DNA of 64,000 bases from Azolla caroliniana (taxonomy: Eukaryota > Plantae > Polypodiophyta), in NCBI GenBank assembly GCA_043228905.1, contig JBHGNT010000003.1, positions 17,794,001 to 17,858,000 on the forward strand. The letters run 5' to 3'. The position numbers and the translations under genes were made by a program. Shown piece after piece: positions 13,755 through 26,968 of the stretch. A model generated the notes under the pieces. It was given only the letters and a program-made list of their open reading frames with translations, ran no database searches and was not told the DNA's origin. Numbering within the stretch: position 1 is the stretch's first letter; every line of letters starts with the position of its first letter.

Positions 13755-14393
13755 TCAACACTCCCCCTCAAGCTCAACCTGAGGTGGGGTCGTAGTGTCG
13801 ACCTCTGTGGCAGTCGGTTCTTCCAACCGACTTCTCCTGGCGTCACTCCGCCTTGCTCGCGCTCCTCGTCCGATCCGGTCCCGTTTGCCACGACCCCTTT
13901 GGTTTTGCGCGCCTCGACCCTCTCGGTCGGCATGTCTGCTCAATAGGCCCATCTCAGCACTCACGTTGCTTTGACTCCAGCGCTTGCCGATCCGTCGGTT
14001 CTCCCACGATGGCATCGACTTCCGTTGTGTCCGTGTCCCCTTGGCCTTCAGACGATCCGACTCATCCAGATCCATCTGTTGATCCGAGTCAGCTGTCTCC
14101 GACTCGTTCCAGCTCTTATCCGAATCGGTACACTCCGATTCGGCTTCCGGCTTCAGGCCTCTCACCACATCGGACCACTTTCGAGTCTTGGCCTTCTCCA
14201 TGCTTCCCTCGGCTTCTTCAGCCGGTGAACCGAAATCGAATTCTTCATTCGACTCCGCATCATGGTCAGTACCGTCGTGATGACCTCCGCACAGCATGCA
14301 CTTCTCTTCCTGAGTGCACGACTCTTCTTCACAGCTGCTTGCTCCGACCTGTTCGGATGTGTTGACTTCCTTCATCGACTTGGCTTCCTTCAT
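13755..14393 (-). CDS. Extra 212-aa charged ORF downstream of Copia pol, function unknown
   Basis: It is open from an ATG overlapping the pol stop (ATGA) through the PPT into the LTR, and contains CMLCGGHHDGTDH. Confidence 0.5.
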   Translation of the reverse strand: MKEAKSMKEVNTSEQVGASSCEEESCTQEEKCMLCGGHHDGTDHDAESNEEFDFGSPAEEAEGSMEKAKTRKWSDVVRGLKPEAESECTDSDKSWNESETADSDQQMDLDESDRLKAKGTRTQRKSMPSWENRRIGKRWSQSNVSAEMGLLSRHADREGRGAQNQRGRGKRDRIGRGARARRSDARRSRLEEPTATEVDTTTPPQVELEGEC

Positions 14394-17300
14394 CTTCTTG
14401 TCTCCTCTTCTTCCGGCTCTCCTCTTACCGACGGGTTCAACAGTTTTTTGGCCTTTGCCCGTTTCGGTAGAGATTTTGCCTTGCTTCTCCCCCTCAAGTG
14501 CGGCACGTCGAGACGTTGAATACCAAGCATGTCGGTAAAGTGCTGCAACTTGTCCGATCCAAGCAGCTTGGTGAAGATGTCGGCAACTTGCCGATCCGTA
14601 TGAACATACCGTAGGTCAACTTCACTGCTCAGGACCCGCTCACGCACGAAGTGGTAGTGCACCTCGATGTGCTTTGTGCGAGCATGGAACACAGGGTTCC
14701 TGGCGAGCTGCAGGCTGCTCATGTTATCGCAGTAAATTGGGATCAGGGTCGGTACCTCGATCCGCAAGTCCCGCAGCAGTCGCCGAAGCCAGATGGCTTC
14801 ACAAGTGGCAACGGTAGCGGCCCAATACTCAGCCTCAGTGCTTGACAAAGCCACTGTGGGCTGCTTCTTGCTGCTCCACGCAGCGGCCGCGCTACCTATT
14901 GAGAACATGTATCCGGAAGTGGAGCGGCGATCAGACGCATCGCCGGCCCAGTTAGCATCTGTGTAACCGACAAGCTCTTCGGGTATACCTCGCCGGTATA
15001 GCAGTCCCCGGTCCTTAGTGCCGCTGACATACCGTAATATTTGTTGCGCGAACTGAAGGTGCTCCATGGTCGGCTTCTGCATGAACTGACTTACCATGCC
15101 GACCGGATAGCTGATGTCGGGTCGGGTGATGGTTAAGTAGATCAGGCTTCCGACAACCTGTCGGAACCGTTTCTCATTGCAGGCCGGTCCGGAGTTGGGA
15201 CGGAGCTTCTGGTTCTAGTCCAGGGGTGTGGAGACAGGTCGGCAGTCCGTCATGCCGAACTTATACAACATATTCAACACGTAATGTCGTTGTGAGAGCA
15301 ATATGTCGTGGGGGGTCCGGATCACTTCGATCCCAAGAAAATAATGAACATCCCCCAGGTCCTTCATTTCGAATGCGTCCGACAACTGGGACTTGACGCG
15401 GTTGATTTCGGGAAGACCCGGTCCGGTGATGACTAAATCATCCACATACAAGAGTATACATACCGGACCGTCAGAGCGTTTCCGGATGAACAACGAAGAG
15501 TTCGACTTAGAGACAGCAAACCCCAGCTTATGCAACCGGTGCGTGATCTTCGCGTTCCAGGCTCGGGGGGCTTGCTTCAAGCCGTAAAGCGACTTCTTCA
15601 GTCGGCATACCGCCGACTTGTTCATCTCCGATTGAAATCTGGGGGGCTAAGTCATAAAGACTTCTTCTTCAAGCTCTCCTTGAAGGAAGGCGTTCTTCAC
15701 ATCCATCTAGTGAAGATGCCACCCCCTTGCCGCAGCAACCGCCAGTACCACACGAACCGTCGTCATCTTCGCCACAGGAGCGAAGGTCTCGTTGTAGTCG
15801 ATTCCGTGGGTCTGTGCGTATCCCTTCGCCACTAACCGGGCTTTGTACCGGTTAACAGAACCGTCAGCGTTGTACTTGACCTTGTACACCCACTTGCATC
15901 CGATCGGTTTATAGTGACGGGGAGAATCAACTAGGTCCCAAGTTTCGTTGGCATCGAGTGCCCGCATTTCTTCGTCCATAGCGGCATGCCAATTTTCGTC
16001 CTTTGCCGCTTCTGCGTAGCTCTCTGGCTCACGCACTTCTGTCACCTTAGTCATGTACGCATAATGATGCGCCATGTATTCATTGTACCCGTACCGCATG
16101 ACGGGATCGTTCTGACGGGTTGATCGGCGCAACGCACCGTCACCTGATTTGAGGCCCTTCTTGGCTAGTTCGGTCTTCGTTGCCGAAGATCCGCCTTTCT
16201 CCTTTCCGGAGTCGGATACGCACCGATCCGACTCATCGTTGCCGGTTTCGAATTCCGGCATCTTCCTCTTCCCTTTCTCTTTGCGCGTGAACCGTTTCCT
16301 CGGTTCCTTGCGCGGGGAGAGCACGACAGAGTCTCCACCACTTGCCGTCTCTTCATCCGACTGGTCCAACCGACTCAGTCGCTCGTTCGGTCCACTCAAC
16401 CGTAACGATTCCGGACTCTCATCTTGAGTCCCGGCTTCATCATCCTCTGCCAGGGCTGATTCATGCTCACTGGCCTGATCTTCCGACATTGGGTCGGGAT
16501 CAGAAGTCGGAGTCGGTACGGAGTACCAGGATGCCGATTCATCGAACTCGACATCCCGGCTAACTCGGACTTCCTTCATCCGGGGGTTATAGCACTTATA
16601 CCCCTTTTGCTCTTGAGCATAGCCGACTAGGATGCATTTTTCCGATTTTGCATCCAACTTTCTCCGCTTCTGATCCGGCACATGCACATACGCTATGCTG
16701 CCGAATATCCGAAGGTGTCTTAAGTTCGGCTTGCGCCCGAAATACAGCTCATGAGCTGACACCTTGTCACCAATGCGGTTTTGTATGTAGACGGCCGTCC
16801 GGACCGCCTCCGCCCAGTAGAACCGGGGCATGCTCTTCTCCTCCAGCATTGCCCTTGCCGCTTCGACGAGTGTCCGGTTCTTCCTTTCGGCCACACCGTT
16901 TTGCTCCGGTGAGTATCTGCAGCTGAACTCTCGCCGAATTCCCTTCTGCTACAGATAACTAGTGAATTGGCCGGAAAAATATTCCTTTCCGCCGTCCGAC
17001 CGAAGGCACTTGATCTTCCTCTCCGATTCCCGTTCCACCATCTTCTGGAGGCTCCGGAAACAATCGAAGACTTCGCTCTTCCGCTCAATGAGGTAGATCC
17101 AAGTATGTCGAGTATAGTCGTCGATGAAGGAGACGAAGTATCGGCTCCTGCCAAGGCTTACACTTTGTGCCGGTCCCCACACATCCGAATGGATGAGATC
17201 GAGCTTGTTACGGCTCCGGTTCCATTTGGTGGGGAATGGAAGCCAGTGTTGCTTCCCAAGTTGGCAGGCTTCACAAATTTCGGCTCTCCGGCCGCTGAAC

Positions 17301-18796
17301 TTCGGCAAACCGAAAACGACTTGTTTCGTTTTCAGGTCTTGAAGCCTCCGGTAGTTGACGTGGCCTATCCGCTTGTGCCACAGGTCGATGTCCGACTCGA
17401 CCTTCTGTCGTTTCGCGAACAGAGCGGTGCCAAAGTCATTGGTGTTGAGGATAAACATCCTCCCGTCTCTGCGCCCTTGCGCAATGACTTCGCCCTCTTC
17501 CTCAATGAAGCACCCGAGGTGCGTAAACCGCACCTGCATCCCCTTGTCGACAATCTGACCGACGGACACCAGGTTCTTCGTGATTGTCGGAACGTGTAAT
17601 ACGTTCATCAGCTTCCCTTTTTGTCCGACGTGGCTTAGAGGGACTTCTCCAACGTGCACGATTGGGTGAGGAGTGTTGTCTCCAGTTTCGACTACTCCTG
17701 GTTGATCCGGTTTCTCCAGAAAGGAGAACCACTCTTTGTGGCTCGTCATGTGGTTCGATGCGCCGGAATCAACATACCACACTTCCTCCATTTTGGAAGT
17801 GGTCTTCTTCATTGAGTTTGCCTTGTGATTCATCACCAAGGCTGGCCCCTTACCGGCCTTTCCGGTTCCGGATCCTCCTGATCCGTTTGCGTAGTGCGAG
17901 TTTTGCCGGCCACCCTTACTGGTCTTGCCGGATCCGGATTTGTCCGAATCGGCACGCTTTCTCCAGCACTCGCTTTCCCTGTGGCCTTTTCTGCCACAGT
18001 ACTAGCATTCCGTAGCGGATTTGTCTTGCCGGCCTCCGGCACCGCCTTGACTCCCCCTGCTTATGGAAGTCCCGGAACTACTGTCGGCACACTCATAGTG
18101 CCTTCGTTCCTGCTCTTGCTGGCCGCCTCCATTGCGTGCCGACCCACCTCTTCCACCACGCCCACGGAGCCGATCCATTCCCGTGTACAGCATTTGGCTG
18201 TCCGGGGATGCACTGGTAGATGCACCGGCGTGGTTCTCCTCTACAAGGAGCATCGACTGTAAGTCGAAGAATGAGGGGGTATTCTCCCTTGTACACACCG
18301 CAGTCCGGAACGCTCCGAACTTGGACACCAGGCCGCTGAGACATACCTGCACAATCTTGTCTTCCTCTACGGTAACATTGATAGAGGCGAGCGAGTTGCA
18401 GATTTCCTTTATCTGGCCCGTGTAGTCTGCCACGGACATGTTCTTCTGTCGAACATTGCTCAACTCTTGTATGAGTTACAGCTTCCGGGCAGTGGTGCTT
18501 GCGGTGAAAACCTTTTTCAGGTTCCCCCAAGCATCCTTCGGTGTCTTGGCGTCACGGATGTGGCTGAGCAGCTGATCGCCGACACTGGACGCGAAGCAGT
18601 ACATCACCCTGCTTGCCGCCTATTCCCATATCGGGAAGTCCTTGTGTGCCGAGTCGGGCGCCGCATCATTCGCTCCTTCGACATAACTCCAGTACCCGTG
18701 TCCAAGCAGGTACTGGTGCATCTTGTAAGACCAGGATGCGTAGTTGCTCCTGTCGAGCTTCTCCACCAGGAGCGACATAGCCATGCCTCTATCCAT
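14390..18796 (-). pseudogene. Copia gag-pol with a few stops and frameshifts
   Basis: Motifs WYVDSGASNH (PR), HSDVWG and SDGGKEY (INT), LYGLKQA and YVDD (RT), and DANWA and VADIFTK (RH). Confidence 0.95.
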
Positions 18797-18934
18797 GTCT
18801 TCTATTGTGTCTGTTTTCGACCTGTTAGGGTTTTCTTCTCAAGAGTAAATGTCTGCAGCAGAGGTTCTCAACCCTCGCACTCTGATACCATGTGAACGTA
18901 AGTGTTTGCGGAAGCGTAAAACAGAGAACAACAC

Positions 18935-18967
<33 letters not shown>

Positions 18968-19305
18968 CAGAGAGAGCAGAACACAATTTCAAAATTATAT
19001 CAAAACTCTGTACACACACTGTGCTAAGTAGCACTATTTATACAAGTCCTCTTGGGACTGACAGAAGTACCATGTACTTCAATGCTCACACAAGCATCTG
19101 ACACTTACTACGAGACTATAGCTACCTAGAAGTCTATCCTATACTAGGCTTCTGATTGGACTTCCGGTTACGGATTGCACCCAGCCTCCACTGCTTGCCG
19201 GTTCGGTTGCTCACCATCATACCGATCCGTTTCGCCCGATCCGTCTCGCTTACCGGCTCCGGCTTATTCAGCTGATCCGGCTCCGGTTGAGCTTGCCGCT
19301 CAACA

Positions 19306-20615
19306 ATTACCTACTACCATAGTTTAGCACAGTAGTCAATTAGCTAAGTGGTAGCTAATTAGCTACTACTATAGTTTAGTGCAGTAGCTAATTAGCTACT
19401 ACCATAGTTTTCTACAGTAGCTAATTAGCTAAGTGGTAGATAATTAGCTACTACCATAGTTTAGTACAATAGCTAATTAGCTACCACATAGCTAATTAGC
19501 TACTACCATACTTTAGCAGAGTAGCTAATTATGTAAGTGGTAGCTATTTAGCTACTACCATCGTTTAGTACAGTAGCTAATTAGCTAAGTGGTAGCTAAG
19601 TAGCTACTATCAAACTTTAGTTGAGTAGCTAATTAGCTACTACCATAGTTTAATACATTAGCTAATTAGCTACCACTTAGCTAATTGCCTACTACCATAC
19701 TTTAGCAAAGTAGCTAATTATGTAAGTGGTAGCTATTTAACTACTACCATAGTTTAGTACAGTAGCTAATTAGCTAAGTGGTAGCTAATTAGCTACTACC
19801 ATAGTTTAGTACAATAGCTAATTAGGTGAGTGGTAGCTAATTAGCTACTACCATAGTTTAGTACAGTAGATAATTAGCTAAGTGGTAGCTAATTAGCGAC
19901 TATCATACTTTAGCTAAGTAGCTAATTAGCTACAACTTAGCTAATTTGCTACTACCATAGTTTAGTGTTGTAGCTAATTAGCTAAGTGGTAGCTAATTAG
20001 TTACAACCATAGTTTAGTACAATAGTTAATTAGCTAAGTGGTAGCTAATTAGCTACTACCATAGTTTAGGACAATAGCTAATTAGCTAAGTGGTAGCTAA
20101 TTAGTGACTACCATACTTTAGCTGAGTAGCTAACTAGCAAAGTGGTAGCTGATTAGCTACTACCATAGTTTAGTACAGTAGCGAATTAGCTAAGTGGTAG
20201 CTAATTAACTACTACCATAGTTTAGTACAGTAGTTAATTAGCTAAGTGGTAGCTAATTAGCTACTACGATACTTTAGTTATAATGGCTAACTAGCTAGTA
20301 CCATACTTTAGTTGAGTAGCTAATTAGCTAATTAGCTGAGTGGTAGCTAATTATGTACTACCATAGTTTAGTACAGTAGCTAATTAGCTACTACCATATT
20401 TTAGTAAAATAGCTAATTAGTTATGTAGTAGCTAATTAGCTACTACCATACTTTAGTTGTAGTGGCTAACTAGCTAGTACCATACTTTAGTTGAATAGCT
20501 AATTAGTTATTACCATACCTAAGCCAAGTAGTTAACTAGCTCAGTGGTAGCTAATTAGCTACTATCATAGTCTTGAAGAATAGCTAGTTAGCTAAGATGT
20601 AGCTAATTAGCGACC
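19306..20615. repeat. TAGCTAATTAGCTA minisatellite, right part (~52-bp higher-order unit)
   Basis: The unit ctactaccatagtttagtacagtagctaattagctaagtggtagctaattag is repeated with variants. Confidence 0.95.
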
Positions 20616-22313
20616 ATGTTGTTGTAGGATCTTGTGGATTAAGGAGGGCACATGACTTGTCTGGTGCTGATGACATTGCAACCGATGAGGAGATAGTTGC
20701 CAACGTGGCTGAAAGTAAGAATCTTGCTATCACATCTCGTTTAGATCAGCTCCACCCTATTCTTTTGGAAAACACGTTCGCGTTCACAAGTGGAAGGATT
20801 GCGCATTCCACTTGTAGAATCTTCTTAAAACGAAGCAAATACACCCTCTCTACAAAAATTGGATGCACTAGTATCACATGTTCCTCAACTTGATGAGAAT
20901 TTGCAAATATAAAAATACATGATAGATCTACGAGTGGAGATCATTAGAAATCATGCAAGTTTAGACATGTTGATAAGTTAATGTAGGCATAAAAAAGTTC
21001 AACTATGGCTCAATATGTCACTACTGTGCGACAAGGGAAACACTAACTTAAAGACTTATATTAATTAGGTAAGTTTTACAAAAATATCAGGTGTACTTGT
21101 ATCCATACTAATAAAATGAGATATAATTTATACTTTGACCCATACGTGCATGTATGTAATTGTGGAAAATGTAGGATAGTGCACATTAGGATAAGTGATT
21201 GGAATAACTAACTTATTAAAGTATTCAATACTTGTATTTAAAGTTGATCTAATCTATTCCTCAGTTTGTTCATATGGGTTCAAACCATATGTTTATAATT
21301 GTGGACAATGTAAGGCAGTGAACTTTAGGATAATGTCGTGGAAATAACAAACCTATTAGGCTTTCATACCTGTATTTAAAATTGATCTACTCTATTGCTT
21401 AGGTGATTCACACAAGATCAAACTCCAAACGATAACGCAACTGGAACCATTATCAACACACTACACAATCTAAGCAGCAATGGAATAGAAACATAATAGT
21501 TTTAACAATAGAAGACAAAGATCCATAATAACAACATGGACAGTCATGGCAACAATTATAGGGCCATGTTCTGTTAAGGTTAGCTTGGACCAAAATCAGC
21601 CTCCATTTAAACTAGTTCATGTTTCTCCATAAGTTTGGTAGTCAGTTATGCACGCGGTGAAACCAATGTCATAAATCTACTAATCAAGTATATAAAAATA
21701 AAATTGAAACATATAGAAGATTATAAAGAATAAAATCCACTAGGTAAAACCCAAAATTTGTATTAATAATGTGAAATCTTAACAAATCGTCAGTGTCATA
21801 TTCTTCATAGAGTCTATTACATAGCAATCAATTCATCAACGTCATTTTCTTCATCATCTTGTGTAGAACTGTCTTCGGCTATACGTGCATTGGTTTCCCC
21901 TGTTAGCCGAGCCAACGAAATATCTTCTATAAGCTCATCATCAAGCTCTATTAGCTCCCCCGGTTCGCCGGCTAACAGAGGAATAGGCTCTCGCGAAGCA
22001 GGTTGAAACCTTTCTGTATTGGCGAGGTTCTTTGCACCGACCTCCTCATCCTAGTCTGGGCACTCCCACAAAGCCTTAATCCGCATATTAGTAAATATAA
22101 CTTGGTCCTTGTCCTTCTCCAATGGAACTGTATTTCTAAACAGCTTCAATGCACATGCAGACGTAGTTCCTGTGATGTAAGTAACAATAAGATTTAGTTG
22201 TCAAACGAAAAAAAAGGGATTGGTTATCTCAAGATCGTTACCCTAGTTCGAGGAATACCTGTGCCAGAAAAGAGATCTAATATCCAGTCTCCTTCGACAG
22301 AAAACATCTCGAT

Positions 22314-23797
22314 TGTTACCGGCCGGCAAGGAGTCCAAAATACGGAGTGAAGGAATTAATTAGATATGGTTGTAAATGAGCATAGTGTGGACGGACGGAC
22401 TGGAAACGGTATGCCGTTCCAGATCCGGACGGATCCCGAATAGGTGCGAGAGGCACCGTTTTGTACTACGGGCCGGAAACCTATTTAAAGGCCCGGACCC
22501 TATTGTAATGACAGCGGATAATTAATAGAGCTTATGATGTTTGTACTTCTGTCTTGATTTCCGTTCTGTAATCACTGTTATATCTTACGCGTGTAATTAA
22601 CCAAGCAATCTAATCGTGTAACCTACGTAAGTCGGTGTAATCGTTGAATCTTAATCCTATGCCGTAATCACCCTTTGGTGAAGTGTCTCCGTGACACCTT
22701 GTGTTAGGCCTTGTCCGGCTAAGCGAATAACACAGTTTTGGCGACCACGATTCCTGCTTTCTCGCAGCGAACGACGGTAATGGATGACTAGACCAACGCA
22801 CGACTTGGTTACAGACCGAGCTCGACGCATCGCCGAACGGCAAAGACGGCGTGAGACTTTCCAGCAAGCAGCGCAGGAAATTCGCTCGGATCGTTCGTTC
22901 TCCAACGAGATCCGGAGAGTCGCGGAGGAATCTCTCCGGTTACGGCAAACTCGCAACCAGGACGACGGAAGCAGTCTAAGTAGTCTCCGGGAAACCGAAC
23001 GACTCCTGGAGGCGCTGGCAAGCGGAGAAAACGAGGCAGAAGCCTTTTCAGCCTACGAATCAGATTCCGAAGGGGGATACAGCGTGCACACGAACTACCG
23101 GAGCAGCAACGATACCCCCGGCGGCCCGGAAGACGACGGGTCGGATACCGTGCCGACTCCAGAACCGGAACCGCTCAACCAGGGCTACCCGAAACAACAA
23201 ACGGAGCAACCTCAGTCTCAACCGCAACCACAGCAGCAGCAGCAAGCACAGCCGCAACAACCACAACCGAAAGAACAAGCGGAAATTCTTGAACCAAGTA
23301 TTTTGGACAATTCGGGTGAACAATGAAGGGGCCGAGAAGGGTTCGACGTACAAGGTACTGTCCCACGGGCGTGCCATGTGTTACCGGCCGGCAAGGAGTC
23401 CAAAATACGGAGTGAAGGAATTAATTAGATATGGTTGTAAATGAGCATAGTGTGGACGGACGGACTGGAAACGGTATGCCGTTCCAGATCCGGACGGATC
23501 CCGAATAGGTGCGAGAGGCACCGTTTTGTACTACGGGCCGGAAACCTATTTAAAGGCCCGGACCCTATTGTAATGACAGCGGATAATTAATAGAGCTTAT
23601 GATGTTTGTACTTCTGTCTTGATTTCCGTTCTGTAATCACTGTTATATCTTACGCGTGTAATTAACCAAGCAATCTAATCGTGTAACCTACGTAAGTCGG
23701 TGTAATCGTTGAATCTTAATCCTATGCCGTAATCACCCTTTGGTGAAGTGTCTCCGTGACACCTTGTGTTAGGCCTTGTCCGGCTAAGCGAATAACA
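22314..23797 (+). mobile_element. Miniature (TRIM-like) non-autonomous Gypsy derivative
   Basis: 419-bp LTRs at 22314-22732 and 23379-23797 with no difference seen by eye. TSD TCGAT. PBS tggcgaccac, consistent with tRNA-Arg. Confidence 0.95.
22784..23326 (+). CDS. 180-aa ORF: gag leader N-terminus fused to the ORF3 C-terminus
   Basis: The N-terminus matches the frame starting at 35229 (QQAVDEIRRDRSFS..RRVAEE). The end ILEPSILD resembles TIEQSVLD at ~40035-40060. Confidence 0.7.
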   Translation: MTRPTHDLVTDRARRIAERQRRRETFQQAAQEIRSDRSFSNEIRRVAEESLRLRQTRNQDDGSSLSSLRETERLLEALASGENEAEAFSAYESDSEGGYSVHTNYRSSNDTPGGPEDDGSDTVPTPEPEPLNQGYPKQQTEQPQSQPQPQQQQQAQPQQPQPKEQAEILEPSILDNSGEQ

Positions 23798-26700
23798 TCG
23801 ATCAAGTGCATCATAAGTCGTTGAGGTTTTTGGTATGGGTTGACAAGTCACCGTTCTGTCGTGGTGACATGTCGCAATTTCCGTGTCACTGCTGGATATA
23901 CCAACAGATTTGAACCTCCCACTTCATTAGAATGCTCTTTGATTCTCTGTTTCTTAATTTCATCGAAGTAGCCAACCGTTATGTATTCAATGGCATTAAC
24001 GAACCGAAAAGTTGGCCCTCTATTTACATTGGTCTTGATCCTATAAAAAATAATTCATCGAGTTAAGAATAGATTCAACAACCTTAAAAAATGCAATATA
24101 GTGAAAGACACCTATAAATAATCCTTACCATGCAAGGTTCTCGATGCCATGGCAACGAGATCTCGAAGCTTGAGCTACCGAGTACCCTTGGTCCATACTA
24201 TGAAAGACAACTATTCGCCACAAGGATGCGGTCGTTAGCTCAGCGAAATCCTTGACCATCTTCTCCAATTGTTTAAACCTAAACGGTTCATCGTCGTATG
24301 ATGACCCAACCATACGAAATCCGTAAGGAATATCCGCAATCATTAGCGTATATTCCTTCTTTGGCACCTTCTGGATCAAGTCGATGACATCACCGCAAAC
24401 CACATTGTAGTAAAGATCTCTCGTAATATCTTTTTTGTGGCTAAATTTTTTAAAGGAGCCATCTTCCTCCATTTCGTACGCCTTGACTAAGCGACGATCC
24501 TTTTCTTTTCTGGCTCGCTCGAGATGTGCAAGGAAGGATGTAGGGAAATCGTGTATATCCTTAACTTCTCCTTGTTTCTTGCCTCGACACGGTTTCTAAT
24601 AGAAGCAATAGGACATCAGGTATTATTATACAAGCTCTACATATGATGAAAGGGTAATGAAAAACCATGAATACTAACCCAATCCTTGAATGCAATAAAA
24701 TACTCTGATAACGCCTTATACGAAGACGTTAGAGGATAATCCTTGGTCACTTGTTCCCAAGTTATACATCCAAGTTGTTTCATCATAACTTCTTGGATCT
24801 TCATGTACACCTTATGACTGTAAAATTAGAAATCAAGATTAGAACTTTGAATTACACCAGATAGACTACAATTTTAGTATTTGAAAGACTTACTTATTGA
24901 ACTCAGTGACCATTTCTTCAAGGCTTAAATCTTTCGCCACAACCCTTGACAAAACCGACACAAGAAGTTGCTCGTCCTTAATACCTTGCATCACTCTCCA
25001 TAGAGACAGCTTCATGTCGTCTGCCGCTTCTTCAATTGTCAAGTCAATTTTCTTGGCGGCTTGTGACTTTAACTCTAGTTGAGGGTCAACCCTACATTTC
25101 TTTTGTCGTTGACCCTTTACCTCCTTATTCTCCCACATTGAGAAGATTTGATCTTGTAGGTCCCATACTTCTCCATCTCTAAACGCCAATTGAAACCAAG
25201 ACTCATACTTTCGAAGACCATCGGACCTAACATTATCATCTACCACAATGCCGACTTCATGTAGACATTGACGTCGAAGGCCTGGATGTAACTTCACACC
25301 AAACTTTTGTTTCTCGTCTAAATACTCGTGGTGGAAGAACCGGATACGCTCAATGGACGACATTTTCTGCCTATAGTCATTATTATGGTCCCATGCCAAC
25401 AGCTTAGCCTCTTCGGTTGTGAGCCCAACATAAATTTTGCACTCGGCATACTTGAAGAAGAAAGTTGTTGGATGTTCTCTCACAAGTTGCCGACGTGCCT
25501 CTGCTGAATGCGATCCACCAATGACAAAATAATTATATTGATCATGCTTTCTAATATCAAAATCTTCAATGGTTTCACATTCTTCAGGATCTACCATAAC
25601 AATAAAAGGCACCACAGTGGCATGACGATTAATTTTCATTTTTTTCTTGAGATTTTGAACATGCATGCGGTGTGGCTCTCTAATCTCAAGTGGTTGTCGA
25701 CCTATTTTTTCATCAATAGGGGGCCGATGGATGTGTGTTATAAGCAAATTAAACACTTGCCCTTTCTTGACCAGTTTCCGTTGCATTAACTCTCTCCTTA
25801 TCTTATTCTGCTCGGATGACAAAACACCCGAGGCTAGCTCAGCTCCTGGCGTCCCCTTATTATTTTCCTCTTCGTTTTCACTTGTTGAATCCGTATCCGA
25901 CATTTTGGTGGTCTTCTTCTTTGGTGGTCTTGACTGGACTTTGGATACCCTTTTTGTGGCCTTCAATGGGGAGGGCACTTCATCTCTTAGAGTTACATGG
26001 CCTTGTATATAAGGCCTCAAGGTAACAATATGGTTTTGTGAGCTATCAAGTGCTTTTTTGAACGCTTCTGGCCCACAAGATTCCTTTACTAAAAGGTCTT
26101 TTGAAAGGAACACTTTACGTACCCCCTTGGAGCACTCTATCATTACCAGTATGTTGGCCGAATCTGCATCTTCGTAGTCAAATCGTAGAATACAGCCATA
26201 CATAAATGGGGTTTCCTTTCTAAGCTGCCCCTCACCCTTCTTCTTTGCTGTATACAATACGACTTTTTTCTTTGAGTCGACATATTGCATACACCATTCC
26301 TTGTCCGTTAGATCTCGGTCAGGAAGGTCTTCACCTCCAGTAGCGGCGACAAGTTTCTTTTGGCTAACATCACTATGTGGCTGAGATTTTGTCTCTTCGT
26401 TAAAGAGAAGCTTTTTTCCTCTCTTCATGGTCTCTACAGCTACCTTGGTCTGGGCTTCGATTGGAGAACCTTGTATGCGAAGCTTTATTTTCTTCACGGG
26501 TCGGTCCGACAGGTTCTCAAACGACCTATTTAAGAAAGTATATGCAAAAACATAAGTTAGGTAGTCACGTAGATTAAGGTTGTATATTAACATGAAGAAC
26601 AGTTCCCACTAGCAGTCCTATATTCAAAAATCTATTATAGGCAGGGCTATTCAACCTAGAAAATATTTATCGTAATAAGTAAACAGGGTTATATATTCTT

Positions 26701-26968
26701 TTAAATAGTAGGTATGACTTATATAGATTCCAAACCTGTATTGAGGAGAATTTGCTATCGTAAAGGCAATTTGTGGATCATTTTCTACTATTTTAAGCTA
26801 AAGTAGGTCATAAAACACCTATAATTAGAGCATGTTTTTTTTTAAAAGTAAGGAAAGTCAACATAAAAAAGACTGATTTTGCCAGACAATTTGATATCTT
26901 TTCCACCCCATAATTATTTGTTACCCCAAAAACACAATTTTTCTCTCTCAGAGCCTTCTTTTATACAG

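Larger units (their letters stand above)
13344..19305 (-). mobile_element. Full-length Ty1/Copia LTR retrotransposon
   Basis: LTRs 13344-13760 and 18891-19305 (TG..CA), TSD ATTAC, iMet PBS (ctctgatacca, 18880-18890) and PPT (ctccccctca, 13761-13770). Confidence 0.97.

Noticed and set aside
20765-20770. 6-bp TSD TTGGAA
   Set aside because: It is formally possible but makes the TIRs asymmetric. The 4-bp GGAA fits symmetric ends and the Sola superfamily.
26526-26593. ORF-track start MLIYNLNL for the 567-aa ORF
   Set aside because: This segment looks intronic. An acceptor at 26526-26527 is phase-compatible with an upstream ATG exon.
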